Shown here piece after piece: positions 18,261 to 31,100 of a DNA stretch of 64,000 nucleotides. Source of the DNA: a bacterium. GTDB lineage: Bacteria; SAR324; NAC60-12. Each line of letters begins with the position of its first letter. The first letter of the stretch is position 1. The notes under the pieces are model-generated. The model saw only the letters and a program-made list of their open reading frames with translations. It was not told where the DNA came from and searched no databases. The translations under genes and the position numbers were made by a program. The DNA lies in contig CBDDTI010000729.1 of assembly GCA_965233585.1 (NCBI GenBank), positions 64,001 to 128,000 on the forward strand. Direction: 5' to 3'.

Positions 18261-21200
18261 TCAAGCGACCTTTTGTTTTTTGAGTATGGCACGATATTCA
18301 ACAGGCATGACTCTGACAAACAATGATGAAAGCCTTTGCCAATGTTTGAGAAGATGCTGACCACGCTTGCTTTGTGTTTCTTGAACGTAGTCTTCAATCA
18401 ACTCTTTAAGCCAGATGAGTTCTGCCTGTTCATCAATCGTTTCTAACTCTACCATGCTATGATTGCAGAGTGTTGCAAGCTGTTTTTCTTCATCAAACAC
18501 ATAAGCAATACCTCCGCTCATGCCTGCGGCAAAGTTCTTACCTGTTTTGCCAAGCACGACTACACGACCCCCTGTCATGTATTCGCAGCCATGGTCCCCA
18601 ACGCCTTCTACCACGGCGTAAGCACCGCTGTTTCTCACTGCAAAACGTTCTCCTGCAATGCCACAGAAAAAGGCAGTGCCACTGGTTGCCCCGTAAAGCG
18701 TTGTGTTGCCAATGATGATGTTCTCATCTGCTTGAAAGGTTGCTTTGGGTGAAGGGTACACAATCACACGCCCCCCGCTTAAACCTTTACCTGTGTAATC
18801 ATTGGCATCGCCTTCTAGCTCAAGGGTGATACCTTTGGCAAGGAATGCCCCAAAACTTTGCCCCGCAGAACCTGTGAAGTGAAAACGTATGAGGTGATGA
18901 GGCAGTCCTTTGTCTTCATACTTCAGAGCCACTTGACCACTCAACATCGTCCCAACAGAGCGATTGGTGTTGCAAATTTTCAAGGATTCTCTGACAGGTT
19001 TTTGATGTTCTAAGGCAGGTTTTGCCAGTTCAATCAGCTGGTGGTCTAGCTGTTTGTCCAATCCGTGATTTTGGGACATGTTGCAATATGGGAAGTCGTT
19101 TTCTCCAACCTTGATTGGTGTCAGTAATTGAGAAAGGTCTATTTTCTTGGCTTTCCAGTGAGTGATGTTGTCCCGCTGTTTCAGTAAATCGGTGCGTCCA
19201 ACAAGTTGGTCAAAACGCTTGATTCCTAATTTTGCCATAATCTCACGGACTTCTTCTGCAATAAAAAAGAAGTAATTGACCACATATTCAGGTTTTCCTG
19301 TGAATTTTTTACGCAATTCAGCATCTTGCGTTGCCACACCCACAGGGCAAGTATTGAGATGACACTTACGCATCATAATACAACCCAATGTAATCAATGG
19401 AGCAGTGGCAAAGCCGATTTCTTCAGCACCTAGCAAAGCCGCAATGACAACCTCCCTTCCTGTCTTGACCTGACCATCTACTTGCAAACGGACACGCCCC
19501 CGCAGTTCGTTGAGCAACAAGGTTTGATGAGCCTCTGCGATGCCAAGCTCCCAAGGTAGTCCTGCATGTTTGATAGAAGTTAGGGGAGACGCCCCTGTCC
19601 CCCCGTCATGTCCTGCAATGACAATCATATCTGCATGCGCTTTTGCCACGCCTGATGCAATCGTCCCGACTCCTGCCTCTGACACCAGTTTGACAGCAAT
19701 CCTTGCCTTCGGATTGGCATTTTTGAGGTCAAAAATCAGTTGAGCCAAATCTTCAATAGAATAGATGTCATGGTGCGGGGGAGGAGAGATGAGAGTGACG
19801 CCCGGTGTAGAATGCCTGATTTTGCCAATGTATTCGCTCACTTTGTGTCCCGGTAATTGACCGCCTTCTCCGGGTTTTGCACCTTGTGCAATTTTAATCT
19901 GAAGCTCAACACAGTTGACAAGATAGTGAATGGTCACACCAAAACGTCCTGATGCAACTTGTTTGATGTTACTATTTGCCCAGTCTCCATTTGCAAAAGG
20001 TTTGAAGCGGATTTGGTCTTCGCCTCCTTCACCGCTGTTACTTTTTGCCCCAATGCGATTCATAGCGATTGCAAGAGCCTCGTGTGTTTCTTGGCTGATT
20101 GACCCCAAAGACATTGCACCTGTTGCAAACCGCCTGACAATCTCCTTAGCTGGTTCTACCTCCTCTATTTCAATCGCATTTTGAGTATCTACAAAATCCA
20201 ACGCTCCTCGCAATGTTGCAAACCGCGTGTTGTTGGCATTGACCATGCGTGAAAATTCACGGTAGGACTCCAAGCTGTTTTCACGACTTGCTTTTTGAAG
20301 AGAGATGACGCTGGCAGGTGTGTACTGATGAATCTCTCCGTGCCTCCTCCAAAAATAATCCCCTCCTACCAGCAAGGTTTGGTCGTTTTGAGTTTCTACA
20401 AATGCGTTTTGCACCCGCATTCTTGCTTCACGTTCTACGTCTTCCAAATCAAGTCCTTGAATCCTTGTGGGCGTGCCTGTGAAGTAACGGTCTACAAAAT
20501 TTTGATTCAGTCCGACTGCCTCAAAAATCTGGGCGCCACGATAGCTTTGAATGGTAGAAATCCCCATTTTTGCAAACACTTTGAACATTCCCTTTTTGAT
20601 GCTTTTCAAGTAGTTTGCTTGCAAAGTCTCTTGGCTTAATTCACGGGAGACAAAGCGTTCTTCTTGCATTTGTTCAAAGGTTTCAAAGGCAAGATAAGGG
20701 TTGATTGCACCTGCCCCGTATCCGATAAGTAAACAAAAGTGTGCAATTTCTCTGGCTTCTCCTGTTTCTATAATCAATCCTGTGTGTCCCCGTCTTCCTG
20801 CACGGATTAAGGAGTGATGCACTGCTGAAGTGGCAAGCAGAACAGGAATGGGGATTTGTGTTGAGCAGACCCCGCGGTCGCTTAAAATGATGAGGTTTGA
20901 CCCAGACTTTGTTGCCTCAATGGCATCTTGACAAATCTGGTCTAACACTGCCCGCATACTCTGGTCTTGGGGACACAAGATTGAGAAAGTGGCAGGGTTA
21001 AAGTCTTTGAGACTTTGGATTTTTTGGAACTGTTCGTTTGTGATGATAGGGTGTTCTAGCCTAATCATCTGAGCATGTTCAGGACCAATCTTTAAAATGT
21101 TGTGTTCCCTGCCAATGCGGCTGACCAAAGACATGACTAGCTCCTCTCGGACAGAATCTACTGCAGGATTGCTCACTTGTGCAAAAAGCTGTTTGAAGTA

Positions 21201-22721
21201 CTGGCTTAAAATATGGGGTTTGTCAGACAGCACAGCCAATGGTGCATCATTGCCCATAGACCCTGTTGCTTCAGCACCTTCTACAATCATCGGCTTCAAA
21301 ATCATGTGTAAATCTTCTACTGAATATCCAAAAGCACGCTGACGTTCAATGATTGTTGAGTCTTCCTTTGGTAGTGTCTTTAGATTGGGTTGGGGCAGGT
21401 CTTCTAAACGTATGGTGTGTTTTTGAATCCATTGGGCGTAAGGGAATTGTTTGCAAATCTCTGTTTTGAGTTCAGGACCTGAGATGATACGTTTTTGTTC
21501 AGTATCCACAAAAAACATTCTGCCGGGTTCAAGTCTCCCTTTCAAGCTGATGTCTTCTTCTGCAATGTCAATCGCTCCTGCCTCTGACGCCATGACAATG
21601 ACATCATTTTTGGTGACTACATAACGTGCAGGTCGTAGTCCGTTGCGGTCTAGCGTTGCCCCAATTCTAATGCCGTCAGTGATGGCGATTGCTGCGGGCC
21701 CGTCCCAGGGTTCAATAAAGTTTTCAAAAAACTCATAAAATGCCTTTCGTTCTGGGTTGTCATAATGTGAGTGGTCCCATGCTTCTGGCACCATCATCAT
21801 AATCGCTTGTGCGATGGAATAGCCTGATAAAATCAAAAATTCTAAAACATTATCAAAGCATGATGAATCACTTCCTGCATCGGAGATGATGGGGAAAATA
21901 TCTTCAATCTTGTCGTAAAGGTTTGACTGAATCAATGCCTCTCTGGCTCTTGTCCAGTTGACATTCCCCCGCAGTGTGTTGATTTCTCCATTATGAGCGA
22001 GATAGCGAAAAGGCTGTGCAATCTCCCAACGAGGCAAAGTATTTGTGGGGAAACGTGTATGAGCCATCGCCAAAGCACTTTGATATGAAGGGTCTGCAAG
22101 GTCAAGATAGAATTGGTGCATTTGGTCTGGGGTCAGCATGCCTTTGTAAGTGATTTTGCGGCACGAGATTCCAGTGATGGCACAATTTTCTACACCAAGC
22201 GTTTTTTCAATCTGCCTTCGCAAGACATAAAGTTGACGCTCAAAGTCTTCTTCTTGAGTGCTTGCCTCCTTTCCAATAAAAAAGTGCACAATCTCTGGTC
22301 TGGCAGAATCTGCTTGCTTACCAACGTAAGTTGGGTCAACTGGCACGTCCCGCCAGCCTAAAAACTTGAGGTTGTATTGTTTTGTTAGAGAGCAAACGGT
22401 GTCTTGGCAAACCTCTTTATTTTGATAGACAAACGCCGTGCCGATGCCATAGTGTCTAGCATCAGGTAGGTTGATTGAAAGGAGTTGGCACTGTGCTTTA
22501 AAAAAATGGTGGTCAATCTGCAGTAAAATTCCTGCACCATCGCCTGTTTCTGGGTCTGCTCCGTACGCCCCACGATGTTCCAGACGGCACAACATTTTTA
22601 AACCTTGCTCAACAATTTTGCGGGAAGGACGCCCCTGAATATCTACAATGAAACCAACACCACAGTTGTCATGCTCAAACTGTGGGTCATATAAACCTTG
22701 CTTAGAATGCCCGAACTTCAT
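18261..22721 (-). CDS. gltB: Glutamate synthase large subunit
   Basis: [42 protein letters not shown]. Confidence 0.97.
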   Translation of the reverse strand: MKFGHSKQGLYDPQFEHDNCGVGFIVDIQGRPSRKIVEQGLKMLCRLEHRGAYGADPETGDGAGILLQIDHHFFKAQCQLLSINLPDARHYGIGTAFVYQNKEVCQDTVCSLTKQYNLKFLGWRDVPVDPTYVGKQADSARPEIVHFFIGKEASTQEEDFERQLYVLRRQIEKTLGVENCAITGISCRKITYKGMLTPDQMHQFYLDLADPSYQSALAMAHTRFPTNTLPRWEIAQPFRYLAHNGEINTLRGNVNWTRAREALIQSNLYDKIEDIFPIISDAGSDSSCFDNVLEFLILSGYSIAQAIMMMVPEAWDHSHYDNPERKAFYEFFENFIEPWDGPAAIAITDGIRIGATLDRNGLRPARYVVTKNDVIVMASEAGAIDIAEEDISLKGRLEPGRMFFVDTEQKRIISGPELKTEICKQFPYAQWIQKHTIRLEDLPQPNLKTLPKEDSTIIERQRAFGYSVEDLHMILKPMIVEGAEATGSMGNDAPLAVLSDKPHILSQYFKQLFAQVSNPAVDSVREELVMSLVSRIGREHNILKIGPEHAQMIRLEHPIITNEQFQKIQSLKDFNPATFSILCPQDQSMRAVLDQICQDAIEATKSGSNLIILSDRGVCSTQIPIPVLLATSAVHHSLIRAGRRGHTGLIIETGEAREIAHFCLLIGYGAGAINPYLAFETFEQMQEERFVSRELSQETLQANYLKSIKKGMFKVFAKMGISTIQSYRGAQIFEAVGLNQNFVDRYFTGTPTRIQGLDLEDVEREARMRVQNAFVETQNDQTLLVGGDYFWRRHGEIHQYTPASVISLQKASRENSLESYREFSRMVNANNTRFATLRGALDFVDTQNAIEIEEVEPAKEIVRRFATGAMSLGSISQETHEALAIAMNRIGAKSNSGEGGEDQIRFKPFANGDWANSNIKQVASGRFGVTIHYLVNCVELQIKIAQGAKPGEGGQLPGHKVSEYIGKIRHSTPGVTLISPPPHHDIYSIEDLAQLIFDLKNANPKARIAVKLVSEAGVGTIASGVAKAHADMIVIAGHDGGTGASPLTSIKHAGLPWELGIAEAHQTLLLNELRGRVRLQVDGQVKTGREVVIAALLGAEEIGFATAPLITLGCIMMRKCHLNTCPVGVATQDAELRKKFTGKPEYVVNYFFFIAEEVREIMAKLGIKRFDQLVGRTDLLKQRDNITHWKAKKIDLSQLLTPIKVGENDFPYCNMSQNHGLDKQLDHQLIELAKPALEHQKPVRESLKICNTNRSVGTMLSGQVALKYEDKGLPHHLIRFHFTGSAGQSFGAFLAKGITLELEGDANDYTGKGLSGGRVIVYPSPKATFQADENIIIGNTTLYGATSGTAFFCGIAGERFAVRNSGAYAVVEGVGDHGCEYMTGGRVVVLGKTGKNFAAGMSGGIAYVFDEEKQLATLCNHSMVELETIDEQAELIWLKELIEDYVQETQSKRGQHLLKHWQRLSSLFVRVMPVEYRAILKKQKVA

Positions 22722-22898
22722 AAATCATCAATCATTTGGAGTGCTTTGAAAAGCAACATTAGAGAAAAAAGACTTCAACTGTTTTTGGATAAACCTTGAA
22801 AGTGTAGCCTGTTCATCAGAAAAAATCAAACTTTAGGGGAAGCGGGTCATTTGAAAGGTTCAGGTGAAATGATGAAACTTTGTCAAAACTTCATCATT

Positions 22899-24791
22899 TC
22901 AAAAGAACATGCCGTAGCCTAATTTGAAGAGATGGTCGCGTTGTGTGTCTTGGTAAGTGAGGCGGAACTCATGGTCTAATTGGTAGGCATAGCTGAGTTG
23001 CAAAGTGCCTTCCAGAGGCAAGGTAGGAATGTCTGCAAATTGATATTTTCGTTGAGCCAAAAGCATCTGCCAAGTCCACTGCTTGTGACTGCCAAGCCAT
23101 TGGAGTTCTGCTTTTGTTGCTAATGTTGTGTGTTCTTTTTGAAAATCTTCAGAATGTTGCAAGACGGCTGCCAACAGAGGTGAAAGCAAAGAGTTTTTTG
23201 CTAGGGCAATGGTATATCCTAAACCCCCTTGAAAATAAGCATATCCGCATTTTTCGCACTGAACATTGGGTCTAAAATTCCGCTCCCAGCCTGTTTGAAC
23301 CTTCCAAGAAAATCCTGACACAAAGTCATCACGGGGAATGAATGACATCAATTCAAGAAAAAGGAAGCGGTCTAGCAAAATTTGTGTGTCGTCAATTCTA
23401 ATGTCTGTCTCTAAGGCTTTGATGGAGGCGCCAAAATCATAGCCTTGAGGGAAGTCTGCAAGCCCATGATAAGAAGCCCGATATTGCAGATTTAAAAAGT
23501 TTTTTTGACTGAAAAGGTCTCTTCCTAAACTTGTTGTGAATTTAGATGTTTCATGTCCTTGTTCATAAGAAAAATCAGGTTGTTGGACGGAATTTTGTGA
23601 TTGATAAGGGATTTGAGAGCGTTTTCTGAGCAGTTGACGCCAGCGGTTTTTTTGTTGCTTCTTGTCCTCTCTCAATAAAATCTTGTCAGACAAGGTTTCT
23701 AAGATAGTGGCTTGCACACGGGGGTCTTGCTGATTCCATTCTGAGCTATCTACCAATGTTTCATCATCATAGACTCTTCTTGCAAATTCTTTTTCAGCAG
23801 AAGAGAGGGATTGAAACTTTGCTTGTGCTTGATGCAGTCGTGAGGGTCGGTAGTTTTTTTGTTTGAGAATGCCGGGAATTTTTAAAACTTCTCTGACTGT
23901 ATCCACAGGAGCCGCCCACAAGTTAAAACGTTCTCTCAACTGGTATTCTGGCTTTGCCGCTTCAAGCAACGAAAGCAGTTGATAAGAGCAGTTTTCTAAG
24001 AAAAAGAAATAACGGAATCTGACAAATCGCAACTCCCAAAAATGTTTCATCAGCCTCTCAATTTCTTCTGGTGTCAAATTAAGCTCATATTCCCAAATGT
24101 CCCGTCCTTCTATATCGTTATATTCTTGGATTTTGATGTAGTAAGGAGTGTTTTGCATGACTCCTGTGTAGCCTCCAAAAATTCCCCAAAGTGCGTATTT
24201 GATGGGATTTTCTGCCTCTGGATTGACAACTGCACCATAAGTGACGTTGTAATTCAAGGGGGCAAAGTCTTCCCTTCCTTTGGTGTTTAAAACAAGTGAA
24301 GTATGTCCAAAGATGGTGGCAGGTGCGGTGAGGCGTGAGCCGGGAAAAATGAGATTGATAGATTCAGGATTGAGTCGTTTAATCCAACCTTCGTAACGTG
24401 GGCAAGGGATTTCTGGCAGTAAATTAGGATTGAATTGTAATTGTGTTTTGAGCCAGCTGTAACGTGCAACGAACTGGCATTGTTTATGGAGTGTCTGGTC
24501 ATTGTCTGGAGGGGGATTAAAAAAAGCCTGTAACGTGGCTTCCAATTCGCTTTGGGGGTCAAACATGCCCTCTTTAGAATTAAAAAAATTGGGGTCTTCA
24601 ATTTCTGACCTTGCCCCAAAAACGCCGCTGCGATAATGCAATAACAACAACCAGTAACGACTTTCCGAAATTTGCTTCTGATTGGCTTGTCTAATGAGAA
24701 GTTGAAGGTATTGGTCTTGGGAGGGTGTCAGTGCCTTGACAAAAGAAGGCACTAGGAAGAGAAGAATGAAAAAGAGGGGTTTCAAAGACAA
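22899..24791 (-). CDS. DUF4105 (Lnb N-terminal-like) domain outer-membrane protein
   Basis: W..LLHY, CQFVARY.W, FGHT, YFFFLENCSY, C-terminal beta strands ending in F. Confidence 0.8.
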   Translation of the reverse strand: MSLKPLFFILLFLVPSFVKALTPSQDQYLQLLIRQANQKQISESRYWLLLLHYRSGVFGARSEIEDPNFFNSKEGMFDPQSELEATLQAFFNPPPDNDQTLHKQCQFVARYSWLKTQLQFNPNLLPEIPCPRYEGWIKRLNPESINLIFPGSRLTAPATIFGHTSLVLNTKGREDFAPLNYNVTYGAVVNPEAENPIKYALWGIFGGYTGVMQNTPYYIKIQEYNDIEGRDIWEYELNLTPEEIERLMKHFWELRFVRFRYFFFLENCSYQLLSLLEAAKPEYQLRERFNLWAAPVDTVREVLKIPGILKQKNYRPSRLHQAQAKFQSLSSAEKEFARRVYDDETLVDSSEWNQQDPRVQATILETLSDKILLREDKKQQKNRWRQLLRKRSQIPYQSQNSVQQPDFSYEQGHETSKFTTSLGRDLFSQKNFLNLQYRASYHGLADFPQGYDFGASIKALETDIRIDDTQILLDRFLFLELMSFIPRDDFVSGFSWKVQTGWERNFRPNVQCEKCGYAYFQGGLGYTIALAKNSLLSPLLAAVLQHSEDFQKEHTTLATKAELQWLGSHKQWTWQMLLAQRKYQFADIPTLPLEGTLQLSYAYQLDHEFRLTYQDTQRDHLFKLGYGMFF

Positions 24792-25261
24792 ACGCCTTGA
24801 AGTTTTGGATCCTTCTCAATGAGTTGTTGGGTGTTTTGCAAGACTTGTTGAGGCGTTGCTGTATCTGTAAAGATGTCGTCATATTGCTGTTGAGAAACTT
24901 GATTAAAAGTGTCTGCTTGGCAGTTTAACAACTTGCTGTAAGAGCTTAAAAACAACCCTTGTCCTTGACTCATCTCTTCTGAAATTTTGTCAAAATTAGC
25001 TTTGACAAAAACCTCTGCTTCATATTCTGCCTTCACCACATCATCGGGATTACATCCAGAAGTGCCACTTGTAATTGCAAAAGTCTGCGACCCTGACGAG
25101 TAATTTGTTACCATGACTGATAAATTGGCTCCGAATCCTTTTTGTCCTTTAAAAAGGAGATAACCCGGACCACAACCAGAAGTTGCACCTGCAAAGCTCA
25201 AAGTTGTTGAGAACCAGAAAACAGCAGTGACGATGCCAGCGATTTTAGTCAATTTCATCAT
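24782..25261 (-). CDS. DUF3015 family secreted protein
   Basis: Signal peptide, GCGPG..TN..FAITSGTSGC. Confidence 0.82.
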   Translation of the reverse strand: MMKLTKIAGIVTAVFWFSTTLSFAGATSGCGPGYLLFKGQKGFGANLSVMVTNYSSGSQTFAITSGTSGCNPDDVVKAEYEAEVFVKANFDKISEEMSQGQGLFLSSYSKLLNCQADTFNQVSQQQYDDIFTDTATPQQVLQNTQQLIEKDPKLQGVCL

Positions 25262-25322
25262 AATGAACCTTTAAAGTTGAAAATTAAAAAAGCACCCAAG
25301 TTGGGCATGATTCAAGAAGCTA

Positions 25323-25814
25323 TTACAAGCAAGCAACTTGAAGTTTTGGATTTTCTTGAATGAGTTGTTGTGTATTCTGTAAAACTTTTTGAGGCGTTGC
25401 CATGTCTGTAAAGATGTCGTCATATTGCTGTTGAGAAACTTGATTAAAAGTGTCTGCTTGGCAATTTAACAATTTGCTGTAAGAGCTTAGAAACAAACCT
25501 TGCCCTTGACTCATCTCTTCTGAAATTTTGTCAAAATTGGCTTTGACAAAGATTTCTGTTTCATATTCTGTTTGCACCACATCATCAGGATTACAGCCAG
25601 AAGTGCCACTTATGAGTGCAAACACGTCTGATGAGTATGTGCCATTTGTTGTGACGGCTGATATGTTTGGGACAAGACCTTTCTGTCCTTCAAAAATTTG
25701 AGAACCCGGACCGCAACCAGAAGTCTTGCCTGCAAAACTCAAAGTTGTTGAGAACCAAAAAACGGCAGTCACGATGCCAGCGATTTTAGTCAATTTGAAC
25801 ATAATGAACTCCAA
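25323..25814 (-). CDS. DUF3015 family secreted protein, tandem paralog
   Basis: Same motifs; near-identical N- and C-terminal parts to 24782..25261. Confidence 0.82.
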   Translation of the reverse strand: MEFIMFKLTKIAGIVTAVFWFSTTLSFAGKTSGCGPGSQIFEGQKGLVPNISAVTTNGTYSSDVFALISGTSGCNPDDVVQTEYETEIFVKANFDKISEEMSQGQGLFLSSYSKLLNCQADTFNQVSQQQYDDIFTDMATPQKVLQNTQQLIQENPKLQVACL

Positions 25815-25984
25815 AAAAACGTCAAAAAAAACAGATATTATAGCAATTAAAAAAAAGCAGTCAAGCCCCTAAATCAAAAAAAATTTAAAAAATGAATATT
25901 TTAGCAATTTGAAAAGCAGCCAAAACCTCAAAACTTAAAAAGCAAGCATTGTAGCAACTTCAAAAAAACAGTCAAGACTTTCAA

Positions 25985-26884
25985 TCAAACAACTGGTTTA
26001 TTTTTAAGGGCATGTTGAATGACAGACTGGACATGCTCTAATTCTTCACCAGCTAAATCAAGTCTTGGAGGTCTCACAGTGGTACTTGCCCCCCTTGCCA
26101 GATGTTCTGCCAGTTTGATATTTTGCACAAGCTTGGTAGAAACATCTAGGTCTAGCAAAGGTTTAAACCAACGATAAATTTCAAGAGCTTCGTCATATTT
26201 TTTTTGTTGGAGCAAGTCCCAAAGTTTGACGTTTTCTTTGGGGAAGGCACAAACTAGCCCTGCAATCCAGCCCACTGCTCCCATCACGATTGCCTCCATG
26301 CCCAGATTGTCAACACCTGTAAAAACACGGTAGCGGTCTCCTGTCAACCTGATGATGTCTGTGACACGTCTCACATCGTCAGAAGATTCTTTGATGGCAA
26401 CAAACTTTGGTTCATCAGCTAATCTGGCAAACATTTCAGGCGAGACGTCCATTCCATAGGCAACAGGATTGTTATAAATCATAATTGGTAAACTGGAAGC
26501 CTTCGCAACTGCCCGTAAATGAGCCTCTACTTCTCTGCTGTCTCCAACGTATCGCATACCGGGCAATACCATTAAGCCATCTGCTCCTAAGGTTTCAGCT
26601 TCTTTTGCCACGTGGCAAGCCTCTTGGGTTGTGCATTCTGCAACGGTGACGATTGCAGGGATTCTTTTGTTCACTGCTTGAATCATAGTTTTGGCAACGG
26701 TATGCTTTTCTTGGGCAGTCAGTGAGCCATTTTCACCCAACGACCCGCATGCCACCAGTCCATGCACACCTGATTCAATGTGATATTCCACATCATTTCT
26801 GATGGCATCATCATCCACAGAAAAATCGTTGTGAAACCTTGTTGTGATGGCAGGAAAAATCCCCTTCCAGTCTTCTTTTTGCAT
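25985..26884 (-). CDS. DHDPS/DapA-family protein, likely pyrroline-4-hydroxy-2-carboxylate deaminase type
   Basis: GSLGE, IMIYNNP, AIKESSDDVRR, KLVQNIKL. Confidence 0.8.
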   Translation of the reverse strand: MQKEDWKGIFPAITTRFHNDFSVDDDAIRNDVEYHIESGVHGLVACGSLGENGSLTAQEKHTVAKTMIQAVNKRIPAIVTVAECTTQEACHVAKEAETLGADGLMVLPGMRYVGDSREVEAHLRAVAKASSLPIMIYNNPVAYGMDVSPEMFARLADEPKFVAIKESSDDVRRVTDIIRLTGDRYRVFTGVDNLGMEAIVMGAVGWIAGLVCAFPKENVKLWDLLQQKKYDEALEIYRWFKPLLDLDVSTKLVQNIKLAEHLARGASTTVRPPRLDLAGEELEHVQSVIQHALKNKPVV

Positions 26885-27071
26885 AGTATTCCTTTTGTTT
26901 TGATGTTGTCTTAAAACAAGTTTGAGTGCAGTCTAGCCTTCCATGTTCTTATGGAAAAACAAAGACTCTGTGTTCATTGTATTGAGGTTTAATTTTCTCC
27001 ATTCAAGCAACGTTTTAGTTGTCCTCAGCTTGAACAGCCCCCTCATTATATTGAAGATGAGAGAGACGTGT

Positions 27072-28097
27072 TTATTTGGAGATTTCAGAAAAGTATTGGG
27101 GAACAGCCCAGCCTTGAGCAAAAGTGTCATCAGGACAAACCTCCCAATCGGTTGTCCCCAGATAAGATGATTTACCTTCAACTTGCACCTCTACAATAGG
27201 GAATCCTTCTTTTGTGGTTTCCTGTTCTTTTGGTTTGGCTGTGGCAAAAAAGGATTCTCCTGAAATTCCACGAAATTGGTAACGTTGATTGGCAGAAATT
27301 TTTTTAGAGACAAGATCTAAAGCCATTCTTGCAGAAACCCCACTTCCTGTTGGACTGCGGTCTATTTGACCGTCTCCAAAGATGGTTAAATGGCGACGGA
27401 CGCCATCTGCGTCTTTATCATCAATCAAGATCACTCCATAGAGGAAAGCAAGCTCTGGTTTTGGATGTTCAATTTTGAGACATTTTTGAAGCCTCTGAAG
27501 CAAGAGTCTTCCCATTTTGGACAGGTCTTCAATAGAGGCTCTGTAAAAAGGAAGTCCAAGCCTTGAGGAAGAAACGATGGCATAAAAAACTCCGCCATAG
27601 GCAAGGCTGTATGTGATGGGACCAAAACCTGGGACTGTACTGCGTTCGTACACGGACACCGCATGGGCAGAAGGCATTGTGTAAGAGGAGGAGGTTACCT
27701 TGCCATCTTGTACCGTACTGACCACTTCTACGACATCGCAAGGACATTCCAGATAAAATCTAACCTCTGGGGAGTCTGCAGGAAGTTTCCCTGATTCAAT
27801 CAAATACTGAGCAATGGCAATCGTTCCGTGACCACACATGGTGCTATAACCGGATTGGTGCATAAAAATCACACCTGCCGAAGCGTGAGGCACAGTGGGT
27901 TCTGTCAAAACAGCACCGTACATGGCGGCATGTCCACGTGGTTCCAGCATTAAAGCCTGACGAATATGGTCAAAATGAGAGCGAAAGTAGTTTCTTTTTT
28001 CTAAGAGACATTGTCCTTCAATGGCAGGGACACCTTCTGTGATAATTCTTAAAGGTTCACCTGCAGTATGAAAATCAATCGTTTTATATCTTGTCAT
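27072..28097 (-). CDS. Proline racemase family, Cys/Thr type (trans-3-hydroxy-L-proline dehydratase-like)
   Basis: HTAGEPLR, EPRGH, STMCGHG, DRSPTGSG. Confidence 0.85.
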   Translation of the reverse strand: MTRYKTIDFHTAGEPLRIITEGVPAIEGQCLLEKRNYFRSHFDHIRQALMLEPRGHAAMYGAVLTEPTVPHASAGVIFMHQSGYSTMCGHGTIAIAQYLIESGKLPADSPEVRFYLECPCDVVEVVSTVQDGKVTSSSYTMPSAHAVSVYERSTVPGFGPITYSLAYGGVFYAIVSSSRLGLPFYRASIEDLSKMGRLLLQRLQKCLKIEHPKPELAFLYGVILIDDKDADGVRRHLTIFGDGQIDRSPTGSGVSARMALDLVSKKISANQRYQFRGISGESFFATAKPKEQETTKEGFPIVEVQVEGKSSYLGTTDWEVCPDDTFAQGWAVPQYFSEISK

Positions 28098-28150
28098 TTG
28101 TTTACCTCACTTGTTTCTTAAATTCTTTTGCATAACAAATTCAATGGTTC

Positions 28151-31100
28151 TCATAGTAAATTCAGTTGATTGATACAGACCGAAAATGCTGTCAAGTTTC
28201 CAATGGCATTACTTTGGATTTGTTCTATTGCAGAAAAGTAAGCATGAAGGGGAGTTCCAAAGTCTTCAAGAGCTTTGGCTCTCACGACTTCAGCATCAAC
28301 ATTGTCTAATCCTTTAGGCTTCCATTCTTTGATAAAATATTGGGTGAGGTCGCTTTTACGTAGATGAAGATTTTGCAACAAAATTTCTTGCTGTGCAATC
28401 TCCCAATCACTGCGGAGCTTCATGCTGGTCAGTTGCGTTTCAATCCATTGCAGTTTGAAGGTATGGTCAATGAGATACGAGGCTTGAAGGGCTAAGTCAA
28501 AAGAAATCTCTTGTTCAAAATGCAGATAGAGAGCATCAGGCAGTGTTGTAATGGATTCAAAAATCGCAATGGTTTGCGCTGTCTGCTCATCAAAGCCGAG
28601 GTCTTGCCAACCTTTGATAATGCTGTCCTCAATGTTTTTCAAAAGTTCAGTCTTCGCTTGCTTCCAAAACTTCAAATAGTTAGAAACCTCTTGAAACTGG
28701 AATTGTTGTTGATGTTGAAGAAACGAAATGGTGGCTTGCCTTAAAAAATTTTCAGAGTGAATCAATGCACGATATTTGTCAAGCACAAAAGTTTCAGATT
28801 GCAGGATAGTATAGCGGTATTGAGTCATGTCAAAAGAGGCATCAAGGAACAAATAAATTGAGGCAATTTGTTCAGCAGAGGCTTGCGTGACGCTTTGCAC
28901 GTAGTAAAAGAAAGTCATACCTGCTTGATTGACAATTTGGTTGACAACGATTGCACAAGTGATCTCCCTTCTCAAAGGGTGAAAGGGCAGAGAGTCTGCA
29001 AATTTGTTAAGCAAGGTTTGGGGAAAGTAATTTTGATAAAACGTCTTGAGAAAGTCATGGTCAAGGATTTTGGAATGTTCTAATTCGTTGCAAATGTTCA
29101 TTTTGACGTAGGCTTGTAAGATAGCTAGCACAGGTCTCGGAATAGATTCTTGACGTTCTTCCATACGTTCCAGTTCTCCGCGTGTTGGGATTTTTTCACT
29201 TTCTGCATCTAAATTTTGTTTTGCTACCAAATAACGGGTCAGATTTTTAAAGTTCCGAAATTCTGTTTTGGTGCGATGTTCGTCCATAGAAAGCAAGCGA
29301 TGCTGTGCGCGATTGTTGGCTAAGACTAAATTTGAGACCTCATCTGTTGCTTCACGCAAAGTGGCATTGCGGTCTTCAAGAGATTCTAACTTGCCTTGCT
29401 GTAATAATTGCTGCAACAAAACCTTGATGTTGACTTCATAATCAGACATGTTCACACCTGCAGAATTGTCAATGGCATCAGTATTTCCACGCCCTCCTTG
29501 TTTGGCAAATTGAATACGTGCAGGTTGAGTCATACCAAGATTTGCACCTTCTCCAATCACTTTGACTTGGCATTGACTGACATCAATCCGAGTCAAATTA
29601 TTAGCATGGTCTCCCACGTCTGCATGAGTTTGGTCATCAGATTTGATGTAAGTGCCAACACCTCCAAACCAGAGTAAATCTGCTGGCATTTTTAGAATCG
29701 CACAAATCAACTCCTCACCTGTCATCGTTTTCACTTGGACGCCAAGCATTTTTTGGACTTCAGGAGACAACGTCACTTCCTTCGCATTGCGTTCAAAGAT
29801 ACCTCCCCCTTGACTAATCAGTTGAGTTTGGTAATCGTTCCAACCAGAACGAGGCTTGTGAAAGAGTCGCTGACGTTCCTGCCATGATTCTTGAGCATTG
29901 GGAGTGGGGTCAAGAAAAATATGTTTATGATTAAATGCGGCAACCAACAAAATCTGCTGACTTAGAAGCATTCCGTTGCCAAAAACATCGCCAGACATGT
30001 CGCCTACACCAATGACAGTAGAAGGTTCGTTTTGAATATCTCTGCCCATTTCTGCAAAATGTAATTTGACACATTCCCACGCTCCGCGTGCGGTAATGCC
30101 TTCTTTTTTATGGTCATATCCAACAGAGCCACCAGAGGCAAAGGCATCTCCTAGCCAAAACTCATAATGTTCTGCTTCTGCATTGCCAAAATCAGAAAAA
30201 GTAGCCGTGCCTTTGTCAGCGGCAACGACAAGATAGGGGTCATAGTCATCGTAGCAAATCACATGGTTTGGGTGTTTGGGCAGTCGGTTAAAATCCAAAT
30301 TATCTGTAATATCCAGAAGAGACCGAATGAAACGTTGATACTGTCGTTGTCCTTCTTGCGGAAGTTCGGCTGCACTCACCTTTTTTTTCACAATAAATCC
30401 ACCTTTTGAACCATTGGGAATGATGACGACGTTTTTAGTTTGTTGAGTTTGGACAAGATTCAAGACTTCAGAACGGAAGTCATTATGTCGGTCAGACCAT
30501 CGCAAGCCTCCTCTTGCTACTGCACCAAAACGCAAATGAACGCCTTCTACTGTGGAATCATAGACATAGATTTCACGATAAGGCACAGGAGAAGGAATGT
30601 TTTCAAGAGAACGGAGGCACAATTTGACCGAAAGAAAGGTCTCGTTAGCATCAGTTTTGGGAATATAAAAATTGGTTCGCAACGTGGCTGAAATGAGTTC
30701 AAACAGTCGTCTAAAAATGGCGTCTGTGACTACTTCCTTCACATTGCGCAGGCTGTCTATAAATTCTTTTTCTAATTCAGGCAAAAGCGAGCTTTGACGA
30801 TAATCCTTCGTGCCAAAAGAAGTTTCGCAAGAAAACTTGGTCTCAAAATATTGAAAGATTTTTAAAGTGTGTTGAGGATATGCCAACAAGGCAGTGTTGA
30901 TTTGGTCAATGCTATAAGGTTGTTTCAGTTGGAAGTATAAATTGCGATACATCACCACCACACGGATTGCCTCCCATGACATTTCTGCCAACAAACAAAG
31001 AGCATTGAGTGGGTCATTTTCAACACGACCGAGCAAAGCGGCTTTGAGTAAATCAGTAAACAAAACCTTGTAGCGATTCACATCTAACGTTTGCCTTTGC

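Noticed and set aside
16737..22573. Numerous antisense and alternate-frame ORFs within gltBD and other long genes
   Set aside because: Shadows of well-supported genes
26933..27071. Small ORF between racemase-like and DapA-like genes
   Set aside because: No RBS or recognisable similarity
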